A program made the position numbers and the translations under genes. DNA of 64,000 nt. Origin: Mobula hypostoma. Lineage: Eukaryota. Positions within the stretch are counted from its first letter, which is position 1, and each line of letters opens with the position of its first letter. Positions 52,075-64,000 of the stretch are shown here, in pieces. Location: NCBI RefSeq assembly GCF_963921235.1, contig NC_086097.1, forward strand, positions 24,864,001 through 24,928,000, written 5' to 3'. The notes under the pieces are model-generated. The model did no database searches. It saw only the letters and a program-made list of their open reading frames with translations, and was not told where the DNA came from.

Positions 52075-54715
52075 ACAATAAGATATAAGAGCAGAATCCA
52101 GCCATTCAGCCCATCAAGAATGCTCTGCCATTCGATCATGGCTGATTTATTTTCCCTCTCAACCCCATTCTCCTGACTTCTCCCCTTAACTTTTGATGCC
52201 CTTACTATCAACCTTTGTCTTAAATATACCCAGTGACTTGGCGTCCACAGCCATCTGTGGCAATGAATTCCACAGATTCACCACCCTCTGCTGAAAGAAA
52301 TTCCACCTCATCTCTGTTCTAAAGAGACATCTTTGTGTTCTGAGGCTGTGCCTTCTGGTTCTCGACTCCCCCAGTATTGGAAACATTCTCTCCACCACCA
52401 GTCAACCCATGGTTTTCATATTTGGAAGGTTTCAATGGGATCTCCTCCTCATTCTTTTAAATTCCAGCAAGTACAGACTCAAACTATCAGACTTTCCTTA
52501 TAAGCTAACCCGTTCTTTCCCAAGATAATTCTCAGGAACCTCCTCTAGACCTTCTCCAATTCCATCACATCCTTGTTTAGATATGGAGCCCAACCCTGTT
52601 CACAAGACTCCAAGTGTAATCTAATCAAGGCTTTATAAAGTTCAAGTCAAGTCACTTTTTATTGTCATTTCGACCATAACTGCTGGTATAGTACAAAGTA
52701 AAAACGAGACAATGTTTTTCAGGATCATGGTGCTACATGAAACAATACAAAAACAACACTGAACTACATAAAATAACGCAAAAACTACACTAGACTACAG
52801 ACCTACCCAGGACTGCATAAAGTGCACAAAACAGTGCAGGCATTACAATAAATAATAAACAAGACAATAGGCACAGTAGAGGGCAGTCTGTTGGTGTCAG
52901 TCCAGGCTCTGGGTATTGAGGAGTCTGATGGCTTGGGGGAAGCAACTGTTACATAGTCTGGTCATGAGGGCCCGAATGCTTTGGTGCCTTTTTCCAGATG
53001 GCAGGAGGGAGAAGAGTTTTTATGAGGGGTGCGTGGGTCCTTCATAATGCTGTTCGCTTTTCAGATGCAGCGTGCGGTGTAAATGTCTGTAATGGCAGGA
53101 AGACAGACCCCAATAATCTTCTCAGCTGACCTCACTATCCGCTGCAGGGTCTTGCGATCCAAGATGGTGCAATTTCCAAACCAGGCAGTGATGCAGCTGC
53201 TCAGGATGCTCTCAATACAACCTCTGTAGAATGTGGTGAGGATGGGGGGAGGGTGGGAGATGAACTTTTCTCAGCCTTCACCGAAAGTAGAGACGCTGCT
53301 GGGCTTTCTTTGCTATGGAGCTGGTGTTGAGGGACCAGGTGAGATTCTCTGCCAGGTGAACACCAAGAAATTTGGTGCTCTTAATGATCTCTACAGAGGA
53401 GTCGTCGATGTTCAGCGGAGAGTGATCGCTCCGTGTCCTCCTGAAATCAACAACCATCTCTTTTGTTTTGTTCACATTCAGAGACAGGTTGTTGGCTCTG
53501 CACCAGTCTGTTAGCCGCTGCACTTCCTCTCTGTATGCTGACTCATCGTTCTTGCTGATGAGACCCACCACGGTCGTGTCATCGGCGAACTTGATGATGT
53601 GGTTCGAGCTGTGTGTTGCAGCACAGTCGTGGGTCAGGTCAGCAGAGTGAACAGCAGTGGACTGAGCACACAGCCCTGGGGGGCCCCGTGCTCAGTGTGA
53701 TGGTGTTGGAGATGCTGCTTCCAATCCGGACTGACTGAGGTCTTCCAGTCAGGAAGTGTAGGATCCAGTTGCAGAGGGAGGTGTTCAGGCCCAGTAGGCT
53801 CAGTTTTCCAATCAGTTTCTGAGGAATGATTGTGTTGAATGCTGAACTGCATTCGAACGTACGTGTCTTTTTTGTCCAAGTGGGTGAGGGCCAGGTGGAG
53901 GGTGATGGCAATGGCGTCGTCTGTTGAACAGTTGGGATGGTACACGAACTGCAGGGGGTCCAGTGAGGGGGCAGCAGGGTCTTGATGTGCCTCATGACGA
54001 GCCTTTTGAAACACTTCATGATGATGGATGTAAGTGCAACGGGACGGTAGTTGTTGAGGCAGGACACTGAAGACTTCTTCGGCACTGGGACGATGGTGGC
54101 AGCCTTGAAGCACATAGGATCGATGACGTTGCTCAGGGAGATGTTGAAGATGTCAGTGAGAATCTCTGCTAGCTGGTCTGTACATCCTCTAAGCACTCTG
54201 CTAGGAATATTGTCTGGTCCAGCAGCCTTCCGTGGGTTGACCCTGCACAGGGTTCTCCTCACATCGGCCACGGTAAGACACATCACCTGGTCATCTGGAG
54301 GAGGGGTGGTCTTCCTCGCTGCCACGTCACTTTCCCCCTCAAAACGAGCGTAGAAATTGTTCAACGCATCCAGGAGGGAGGCATCACCAGCACAGGCAGG
54401 TGGTGTTGTCTTGTAGTTGGTGATGTCCTGAATGCCCTTCCACATGCGCCACGTGTCGCTGCTGTCCTGGAAGTGGCTGTGGACTCGCTGGGCGTGTGCA
54501 CGCTTTGCCTCTCTGATGGCCCGGGACAGTTTGGTCCTCGCTGTTGTTAGGGCTGCCTTGTCGCCTGCTCTGAAAGCGGAGTTACGGGTCCTCAGCAGCG
54601 CACACACCTCCACGGTCATCCATGGCATCTGCTGCAGCATTACATCCTTGCTTTTATATTCTAGTCTCCTTGACATGGATGCTAGCCTCACATATTGCCT
54701 TCCTTACTACCGACT
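52075..54715 (-). mobile_element. CR1 3' region interrupted by Rex1
   Basis: FFQQRVVNLWNSLPQ; CR1 resumes at cagcattacatccttgc (~54635). Confidence 0.85.
52641..54628 (-). mobile_element. Rex1/Babar LINE, 5'-truncated and relatively young
   Basis: [56 protein letters not shown]; gacttga tail; CpGs largely retained. Confidence 0.95.
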
Positions 54716-55427
54716 ATTACGTTTGCCTTCCTTATCGACAAGTTGTAGAGCTGCTGCCGAGGTCAGAGTTCATCCCTGACCTCAGTGCTGTCTGTGTGGA
54801 GTCTGCCTGTTTACTCAAAGACTTCCATGGATTTTCAGATGCTTTGGGTGCTCCATCTTCCTCCCACATCCCAGAGACATGTGGGCCAGTTGGTTAATTG
54901 AACACTGTAGGTTGTCACTAGTACATGGCATGTGGAACCGTGCAAGCATAGGGTCCGGTCTTTTGGCCCACCATGTCTGTGCTGGCCATGATCCCGGTTT
55001 AAACTAATCTCATCTGCCTTCACTTAGTCTCTCTCCCTCCACTTCCTGAACGCCGTCCATGCAGATCATTTGATTGCAATAGTGCTGTCATGGTGTGCTC
55101 TCGGAGGACTGAACCCAGGTGCGGAGGAATGGCAGGATTACTGGGATGAGACAGAAACAAGAGGTTAAACATTGGAATACCAACAGAGCCTTGGAGGAGC
55201 TACTGAGTGACATCATGAGACAATTCACTCTCTCCAACACAATGACCCCCGCCCCCAAGGCACTGAATGAGAGTCCTCTATGGACAATGATAGTATGTGG
55301 GAAACATATGCCAGCTACAATGAATTTGACAAGATTAAACCAAAAATACAGGGGGCTTAACCATTCTAGTTAAGATATTGATTAGTGAATACAGGTGTTC
55401 AGGAACCCTAGAAACTCAACGCTCTAT

Positions 55428-55822
55428 GGCAAGCTGGCGTTTAGGGCCGCAATGAAAGTCTGCCATTTCTGGCAGTGTTCACCTTATCAGTAGCTTCCTC
55501 TCGGCTTTCACCACTGTCAGTCATACAAAACTTGGGTGGAGACTCAGGAATACCACCTCACTCAGTTGCAGAAGAATTCCTCATTGCTGTTTCTGTAACA
55601 ATTTTGTTTTACCAGTCAGGGTTGTTAGCCCTGAGGCAAATCCCCGAACCTGGAAAGCCAGTGGACTACCCTTAGTCCATCCTTTACCATTCGACGTGCT
55701 TGGCATAGGTAACCCTGCCAAGCACCAGAGCATAAAGCCCTGACTCCAGCCAAATTCACTCTCCAGGTCATTCAGGCACGCAAGTCTCCAAACCACGACA
55801 AGGTTCTGGCCCTCTTGGAGGT
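55428..55822 (-). mobile_element. Bipartite non-autonomous RTE element, copy 2
   Basis: Collinear with 21806-22223 (shared ggtggagactcaggaatacca and ttgtttctgt blocks). Confidence 0.7.
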
Positions 55823-57040
55823 GCACTGAGGTAGTACAAGAGTAAATGACCACAGAGGGCAGAATGAAGTATACCGAATAACTTGCCCTCGGTTACAGAG
55901 AAGGTGCAGTACAAGCAGAGAATAAGGTGCAAGGTCAAAAATGCAGCATGTTGACTTTTACCGATTTTTATCGAAGCGCCATAGAGAGCATCCTATGCAT
56001 AGCAGCTTGGTATAGAAATTGCTCTGCACGTGACTGCAGGAAACTACAGAGAGATGTGGACACAGCTCAGCACATCACTGAAACCAGCCTCCTCTCTATG
56101 GACTCGGTCTATCCTTCTCACTGCCTTAGTAAAGCAACCGGCATTATCAAAGACCCCACCCACCCCAGCCATACTCTGTTCTCCCCTCTCCCATCGGGCG
56201 GAAGATACAAAAAACTGAAAGCACTTACCACCAGCTGCTACCCCACTGTGATTGGACTCTTAAATGGACCTCTTGTATAATAAGATGGACCCTTGACCTC
56301 AAAATTTACATGTTATGATCTTGCACTTTACTGTTTACTTGTGAAGGGACTTGTTTCCATACTATATGGTTCCATGAACACTTTATTTGGATGACCTTCA
56401 TCAGAACAGGGAAGTGTTAGGGATAAACAGATTTTAAGATGCCGAGAAATAGAGTGAGGAGAAAAGTGCAAGTGAGTTTTGCAACAGCTTGAAGACTCAC
56501 AAGATTAAGACAGTAAGACATAAAGCAGAATTAGGCCATTTATTCCATCGAGCCTGCTCTATCATTCCATCATGGCTGATTTATTTTCCCTCTCATCCTC
56601 ATTTTCCTACCTTCTCCCCGTAACCATTGATGCCCTGACTAAACAAGAACCCATCAGCCTCCGCTTTAAGTATACCAAATGACTTGCTCTCCACAGCTGT
56701 CTGTGACGATAAAGTCCATAGATTAACCACCCTCTAACTAAAGAAATTCCTCCATATCTTTGTCCAAAGGAAAATCCTTGTATTCTAAGGTAATCCTTGC
56801 CCTTTGGTCCAAGTCTTGCCCACCGTTGGAAACATCCACTCCACATTCAATCTAAGCCTTAACCAAAAAAATAAAATGGGGAAAGCAATATGAACAATGA
56901 TGGTGATGTGTAAAGAACACCAAAGCACACCGCGGACAAGAGAAACTGAATCAATAACTGGAAAACCCAAAGGAAAGTAATGTCCATGCTGGAAATATGA
57001 AAGCAAATGTAAGATTGGGACATTGTGGTGCAATTGTACA

Positions 57041-57778
57041 AGTTCGAAGGTTCAAAGGTTCATTTATTATCAAAGTATGTGTGCAGTATACAACTCTGAG
57101 TTTCTTCTTCTCCAGATAGTCACGAAGCAAAGGAAACAATGGAAGTTAGTTCAAAGAGAAACAGCAAACTCACCCTGCACAAAACAAAAACAACAACACA
57201 ATCATCAACTCCCCTCCCCCACACAAGTACAGGCAGCAACACTGAATAAAAAAAGAGTGAACAAGGCCATGGCCATCGTCCAAATCCATAAACATAAAAC
57301 CTCGGCTCAACGTCCGACGTCATGGAAAGAGAGAGAGACACGGCTCGATTGAAAAGGCCTACCCTCCGGGCACTGCAATAAGCCACATCGGCTCCTTGTC
57401 TGGCAGCAGCCTCAGTGCTGAACCCTCACTTGCCTTCCGTACTCGCCTCGATGTTTCAGTCTTCCTCAAAACTTCAATCGTTGATTAACGAACGCTTTAA
57501 TCAGCAAAACGGAGTCGATCATCAGCTCACATCCTGTCTCAAAATGTCTTCACTTCGAGGCCTTGAGGGTTCAAGCTCACTACCCAGAGTCTTCTTGGAG
57601 GCAGCAAAGTGCTGCGTCACTCAACTCTTATCCAGCCTGTCAATCACGGGCTTTAATAGTTCCAGAAACACAGTTAAGGTGAAAGACAAAGGTAAAAGAA
57701 TTGAAATTAGTGGCTTCATGGTCTACCCAGAAGATGTCAACCAAGGCAGCATTTTACTCAGGTGCCATTTTGACTGGT
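57041..57778 (-). mobile_element. Non-coding element with a Rex1-type 3' tail, inserted in a CR1
   Basis: gttcaaaggttcatttattatc tail at the left; CR1 sequence on both sides (ttgtacaa|...tttggagtatt); 5' end aaaatggcacc. Confidence 0.6.
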
Positions 57779-58285
57779 TACTGTTAAGCTGCGTTTGGAG
57801 TATTATGTACAGTTTTGGTTACCTTTTTAAGAGAAGGGTGTCATTAAGTTGATGCAAAGAGGATTTATGAGTGTGTTGCAAAAGCTCAAGGGCCTGAGTT
57901 ATAGGCAGAGTTTGGGCAGGCTTAGTCGTTAGTTCTTGGAGCATGGAGACTGAAGGGTGAACTTACAGAGGTGTATAAATTCATGAGAGATATAGATAGG
58001 GTGAATGTTCAGTCGTTTTTCCACAGACAGGGAATCCTAAACTAGAACTTGTAGGTTTAAGGCGAGGGGGCATATATTTAAAAAGGACCTGAGAGTAAGA
58101 ATGGGATGAAGAAGTAAAAAGTCAGGCAACTTGTGGGGCTGGGGGCATAATGTAGGGGTATGGAACTTCCCAGATTGCTCAACTACGAGACAGCATGGAC
58201 CTGCTGGGCTGAATAAACTCCATCTGCGCTATTCCAATTTTGACTCCATGGACAGCCAATATATATTGACTCCCTAGCCAATATA

Positions 58286-58780
58286 CACTTAGCAGCCTCT
58301 TTATTAGGTACAGTAGCAGCTCCCATTGTGGTCTTCTGCTGCGGTGGCCCATTCATTTCAAGGTTCGATATGATGTGCATTTTGAGATGCTCTTCTGCAA
58401 CATGTGGTTATTTGAGTTACTATCACTTTTTTGTCTGGCCACTCTCCTCTGAGCTCTCTCATTAACGAGGCATTTTCACCCACAGAACTGCTGCTCACTA
58501 GATTTTTTTTGTTTCTCACACCATTCTCTGGAAACTCTAGAGACTACTGTGCGTGAGAATCTCAAAAGATCAGCACTTACTCAAGATACTTAAACCACCC
58601 CGTCTGGCACCAACAATCATTCCACAATCAAAGTCACTTAGGTTACATTTCTTCCCCGTTCTGATGTTTGGTCTGAACAATAACTGAACCTCTTGACCAT
58701 GTCGCCATGCTTTTATGCTGCCACGTGATTGGCTGATTAGATATCTGCATTCCACCTCAACGAATTGAAGGAGTGCCAAT
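58286..58780 (-). mobile_element. Tc1-like non-autonomous element with transposase N-terminal HTH
   Basis: GKKCNLSDFDCGMIVGARRGGLSI; terminal ta-cacttagcagcctctttattaggtaca. Confidence 0.8.
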
Positions 58781-59974
58781 GCAAAGAATCAGAGAGTTGT
58801 AGATTTAAGCAGCTCCACCATGGGCACTAGCCTTCCACCATCGATGACATCTTCAAAACATAATGCCCCAAGAAGGCGGCATCCATTATTAAGGACCCTC
58901 ACCACCTGGGACATGCCCTCTTCCCATTACTACCACCAGGGAAGAGGTACAGGAGCCTGAAGACACATACTCAATGTGTTAAGAACAGCTTCTTCTCCTC
59001 CGACATCAGATTTCTGAATGGTGTTCCTCTGTACCCATGAACACTAACTCACTATTTTGTTCTTTTTATTACACTTCTTATTTTCTATATTCCTTATTGC
59101 AACTTATAATTTATTTTATGTATTACACTGTACTGCTGCCGCAAAACAACAAATTTTGCGACATACTGTATGTCAGAGGTAACAAACGATATTCTGAGCA
59201 TGAGATTATCTAGTCATTATCATATCACTGTTGGTGGGATCCTGCTGACTGTACAAACTGGCTATCTTGGTTCCAACAGGAAGTATGTTTCAGAAGAACC
59301 ACACTGCCTGCAAAGCACAGAGGATAATCGGAAAGGGCTCAGGGAATACGATTCTTTTAATTTTTTAATTAAACAGCATGTTGATAACGCTTCCAAAATA
59401 AATGAAAATCAATACAATTGACCTGATGATTTGATGCTTGTTTCATTCCATGGTAATTTATCACTGTCTCAGACAGCAGATACAGTCAGCCTGGAGACCA
59501 GTCAAGAGAACATGCTTCAATGAAGTAAACTGTAGTAGCATTCAGTGTGAGGCTTGGGCTCTTGCCCATGGGGATCTGTTAGTAAATAGAGAGGGAATGA
59601 AATGTTAGCAGTTCTCAGAGGCTCAGAAGAAAGTGTTACATCTTCTCCTTATGTAGAGCGGCAGAGATAATTACTCGGCTGAGATGGGCTGGGACTAGCA
59701 GCACTCCAGAGTCGGATTGAAGCAGGATGCATCCCCACCACCGTGGTCAGTCTGTTCACACACTGCCCTGTTCCTCTGGCCCCCACTGAGGGAGATTAAC
59801 CTTAAATCATTTACCGAGAGGGCAACTGTAACCTAACCTGTTTATCAGTATTCTGATGGGAATGGACGCTTTGCTGAGTTTATTTCCCATGCCAAGTTCA
59901 CTCTCCAATGAGGGCAATGGAATGCGATAATATTAACCATTTCCTTTTCTCAGTTTCTTTGTCTTTGCCGTATC

Positions 59975-60975
59975 CGTTTCCAGGATGTAGCTTTTCATTC
60001 CAGAACATCAGAGACTACCTCTTTTTCAAACAGCAGGGTATCCTTCTTCTACCATTGTTGCTGCCCTCACTTGCATCTACTTTACTTCCCAGATATCCGC
60101 CCTCACCCCATAATCCTGAGGCCTTAACAGGGATAGAGTTCCTCTTATCCTTACCTACACCCCATGAGCCTCTGCATCCAGCACATTATTCTCCTCATCT
60201 CCCACCATCTTCAATGGGATACTACACCTTCACCTCCCCCTGCCACTCTCCGCTTTCTGCAGGGATTGAACTTTCCATGACTCCCTTGTCCATTCATTCC
60301 TGCCCCTTAATCTACCTCCTGGCACTTATCCCGGCCAGTAGAAGTGTTTCACTTGTCCATTCACTTCCTCCCTCACCTCCATTCAGAGCCTCAAACGGTC
60401 CTTCCAGGTGAGGCAACCCTTCACCTGCGAGTCTGTTGAGGTCACCTACTGTATCCAGTGCTCCCAATGCGGTATCCTCTACATCGGAGAAACCCAACAG
60501 AGATTGAGGGACTGGTTTTCAAGCACCTTCGCTCGGTCTGCAACAAGCTGGGTTTCCTGGTAGCCAACAATTTTAATTACAATCCCTATTCATACTCCGA
60601 CTTGTCAGAGATGGCCTCCATTACTGCCATGATGAGGCCACTCTCAGGTTGGAAGAGCAATACCTCATATTCTGTCTGGGTAGCTCCAACCTGATGGTGG
60701 GAACATTGATCTCTCTATCTTCCGGTAAGTTTCATATCCTTCTTCCCTCTTCTTCCGTTCCCCACTCTGGCTCCCCTCTTACCTCATCTTTTCTCCTGCC
60801 TATCGCCGCCTCTGGTGCCCTTCCTTTTCTCTGATAGCCCACTCTCCTTTCTATCAGGTCTTTTCTTCTTCTGCTCTTCTCCACCTATCATCTCCCCACT
60901 TCTCACTTAATCACCCCCTACCCTACCCTAACCTACCCTCTTCCCTTCACCTTCACCTGGCTTCACCTGTCACTT
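59975..60975 (+). mobile_element. Penelope-like element (post-RT linker and GIY-YIG endonuclease)
   Basis: 60402 onward translates FQVRQPFTCESVEVTYCIQCSQCGILYIGETQQRL. Confidence 0.9.
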
Positions 60976-61865
60976 GCACAAGAGATTCTGCAGATGCTGG
61001 AAATCCAGAGCCACACACACGAAATGCTGGAGGTACTCAGCAGATCAGGCAGCATTTATGGAAATGAATAAGCAGTTGGAGTTTTGAGCCGACACCCTTC
61101 AACAGGACAGGAAAGGAAGGGGAAGGATGCCAGAACAAGAAGGAAGAAATACAGAAAAGGTGAAGCCAGACAGGTGTTGGAGGGGGGGAAGAAGTAAGAC
61201 ACTGGGATGTGAGCTGGGACTGGCCCTGATGCAGCCTCTTCTACATAGGTTGGGGGACTGCTTTGTCGAGCTCCATCCGCAAAATGCAGGATTTCCCAGT
61301 GGCCAACCATCTTAATCACAATCCCCATTCCCATTCCAACATGTTGGTCCATGGCAACCTCTTCAGCAATGACGAAGCCATTCTCAGGGTAGAGGGGCAA
61401 CATGTCATATTCCTTTTAGGTAGCCTCCAACCTAATGACAGAAATACTAAATTCCAGTAACATTCTCCCCCTCTCTCCCACTTTTTCAATTCCGACTCTG
61501 ATTTCTTACCTCTTCTCCTCATCTGCCTGTCACCTCACCCTGATGCCCCTCCCACTTCCCTTTCTTCCATGATCCACTCTCCTCTCCAAAGAGATTCTTT
61601 CTTCTCCAACCCTTCATCCTTTCCACCTATGAGCTCCCAGCATCTTACTTCATCGCTCTGTGCCCAACCCACCTCAATTTACCTATGACTTTTTAGTTTG
61701 TACTCCTTCCTCACCCCACCTTCTTATTCTGTCATCATCCCCCTTTCTCTCCAGTGCTGAAGAGTTGACTGTTTATTCAGTTCCATAGATGCTGCCTGAC
61801 CTTCTGGGTTCCTACAGTACTTTGTGTGTATTGCTCTGGACTTAGCACACCTGCAGAATCTTCTG
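60976..61865. mobile_element. Penelope-like element with inverted pLTR (60976-~61200, minus) and direct 3' part (~61230-61865, plus)
   Basis: Both ends carry the ctgcagatgctgg terminus in opposite orientation; PVANHLNH motif; decayed HHRs near 61073-61110 and 61752-61771. Confidence 0.85.
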
Positions 61866-62043
61866 ATGTTTCCACCAGTCTAGGTCTATTATTATCGCAA
61901 GAGACCTGTATATTCTAAAAAGCCAGTACAAAATACTGGAGGAACTCAACACGTCAGACGGAGTTATGGAGGGGGAGAAACAGTCAACGTTTCAGGCCGA
62001 GAACTGATGCACATGGTGTTGGTGGTGGTGGCTGTGTGGGTGT

Positions 62044-62046
<3 letters not shown>

Positions 62047-62086
<40 letters not shown>
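62047..62086. repeat. (TG)20 microsatellite within a longer imperfect TG tract (~62015-62170)
   Basis: Direct reading. Confidence 0.95.
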
Positions 62087-62094
<8 letters not shown>

Positions 62095-62504
62095 TCTGTG
62101 TTTTTGTGTATACAATTGTGCACTTGCGTGTTTTACGTGCACACAAATGTGTGCATATGTATGTGTTTGTACCATAAGACTTTTCTTTCTTTATTAATCT
62201 TTCTATTGTTTTAAAAAAAGCATAAATACAATCAAGAGGAGAATTAGTTCAAATATATAGATCAGTAACAATATAAACCAAGATTAAGACAGACATTGTC
62301 AAAATCATAGATATTGTTAAACTAGTATAAAATATATAATAAAAAACATGAAAATAACACTTCTCCTCTTACCAGTTTATGAAGAGAAAGGAAAAAATAT
62401 TGGGTTTTAAATGAAAAGAAAAAAAACACTATACTATATAAAAAACAAAACAAACACAAAAGGAACTGGGTGGTCCATTTTGAGGATACGACCAAAAAAG
62501 AAAA

Positions 62505-63195
62505 CTATAAGACTATAAATCATAGGACCACAATTAGGCCCATCAAGTCTGCACTGTCGTTCCACCATGGCTGATTTATTATCACTCTCAATCTCATTGT
62601 CCTGCCTTCTTCCCATAACCTTGACAACCTTACTAATCAAGAACCTATCAACCTCTGATTTAAATATACCTAATGACTCGACTCTCACAGCTGCCTGTGC
62701 AATGAATTCCACAGATTCACCGCCCTCTGGCAAAGAAATTCCTTCTCATCTCTGTTCTAAAGAGATGTCCTATACTGAGGCTATATCCTCTGGTCTTAGA
62801 CTCCCCCACTATAGGAAACACCCTCTCCATATCCACTCTGTCTAGGCTTTTCAATATTCAGAAAGTTTCAATGAGATTCCCACTCATCCTTCTAAACTCC
62901 AGAGAATACTGGCTCAGAGCCATCAAATGCTCATTGTACATTAACGCTTTCATTTCCATGATCATTTTTATGAACCTCCTCTGGACCTTCTCCAATGCCA
63001 GCACATCCTTTCCTACATAAGGGGCCTAAAACTGCTCACAGTACTCCAAATGAGGCCTAATCAATGCCTTGTAAAACATCAGCATTATATCCTTGCTTTA
63101 ACATTTTATTCCTCTTGAAATAAATGCTAACATTGTATTTACCTTCCTTACCACCCACTTAACCTGCCAGTTACCCTTTAGGGAATCCTACACTC
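62505..63195 (-). mobile_element. CR1 3' region
   Basis: ESLGIFKSEVDRFL; ctataaga tail repeats. Confidence 0.88.
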
Positions 63196-64000
63196 GCAAG
63201 AAAAAGAGCTTTGACCAGCGGCTAATCCAAAGATCGGAAGTTTTGAGAGGAGGGCACTTCAATCAGGTCCACTGCCCAAGTTCAAAAGACAGCAATGGGT
63301 CGCTGCACCAAAAAAGAGCTTTAATCAGTGACTAATCAGCTTTTGGGATTGATTATCAAGATCAAATTAAAGGTAGGCAGGGCCACGTACAGTGACTGTT
63401 ATCTGAGTGGACAGGCTTTAGCTCTTCGAGGCTTCTGCAAAGAGAGGCTTCAGTCAGAGAAAGCAAAAGAAAAGGAAAACTTGTTTTTTTTCTTTCCCTT
63501 TACATCTGCTCAGCTAGGATAGTGGAGATGTCTGGCTGGATAGTTGAACTGAAATTTATGTGGGATGTGGGAAGGCAGGGAGTCTCCAGTGTCCCTAACG
63601 ACTACAACTGAGAGAAGTCCATCCATCTGCAGCTTCTAACACTCTAAGGAGTTGGAGCTGGAACTGGATGAACTCCAGATCATTTGGAAGGCTGAAAGGG
63701 TGATAGATAGGACGTATAGAGAGGTAGTTACACCCAAGGTGCAGGACACAGGAAACAGGGTGACAGTCAGGAAGGGAAAAGGAGTTAAGGAAACAGTGCA
63801 GAGTACCCCTGTAGCCATCCCCCTCAATATCAGGTACAGTATATCATTTTGGATACTGTCAGGGGGATGACCTAAACAGAGGAAAGTAACAGTGGTTGGG
63901 TCTCCGATACCATGTCTGCCTCTGTCACTCAGAAAGGAATGGGGAAGAAGAGGCACTCTGCGGTGCTTGGGGATTTGTTGGTTAGGGGAATGGACAGGAG
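63196..64000 (+). mobile_element. CR1 5' UTR and degenerate ORF1 start (runs off the window)
   Basis: ELELDELQIIWKAERVIDRTYREVVTPK coiled-coil, WVTV-like and IPLNIRY motifs, VLGDLLVRG esterase block at the end. Confidence 0.88.

Noticed and set aside
53639..54691. Longest ORF (350 aa) as a functional gene
   Set aside because: It is a chance fusion of CR1 sequence ([11 protein letters not shown]) to a truncated Rex1 RT that frameshifts before the catalytic motifs.
61964..62175. His/Thr-repeat ORFs
   Set aside because: These are translations of the TG microsatellite.
1..64000. A prokaryotic defence system, retron or CRISPR array suggested by the many RT ORFs
   Set aside because: All RT motifs belong to eukaryotic non-LTR or Penelope clades and are frameshifted; there is no operon structure or regular repeat-spacer array.

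Overview
This is eukaryotic, not prokaryotic, DNA: a gene-poor (intronic or intergenic) stretch almost entirely built of nested, decayed transposable elements. The repeat mix (abundant CR1 LINEs with an esterase ORF1, HE1-like SINEs, Rex1/Babar, Penelope-like, L1, RTE, hAT, Tc1) points to a cartilaginous fish, probably a ray or skate; this is inference. I found no intact host gene, rRNA, tRNA gene or CRISPR. The ORFs with recognisable motifs are broken TE reading frames. Several insertions have readable target-site duplications (TSDs), which gives a local nesting order. The most notable signal is a recurring minimal hammerhead-ribozyme (HHR) motif in the terminal repeats of the Penelope-like elements, consensus cagtc-CTGAYGA-agggtctcggccc-GAAAC-GTC-gactg. 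It also occurs in short ORF-free insertions with their own TSDs, one of them a 242-bp foldback, and their breakpoints cluster inside the motif. No single copy here is fully intact, and HHRs in Penelope elements are already known, so I cannot claim a new system. Family names come from motif recognition, not database searches. Boundaries without a TSD are approximate.
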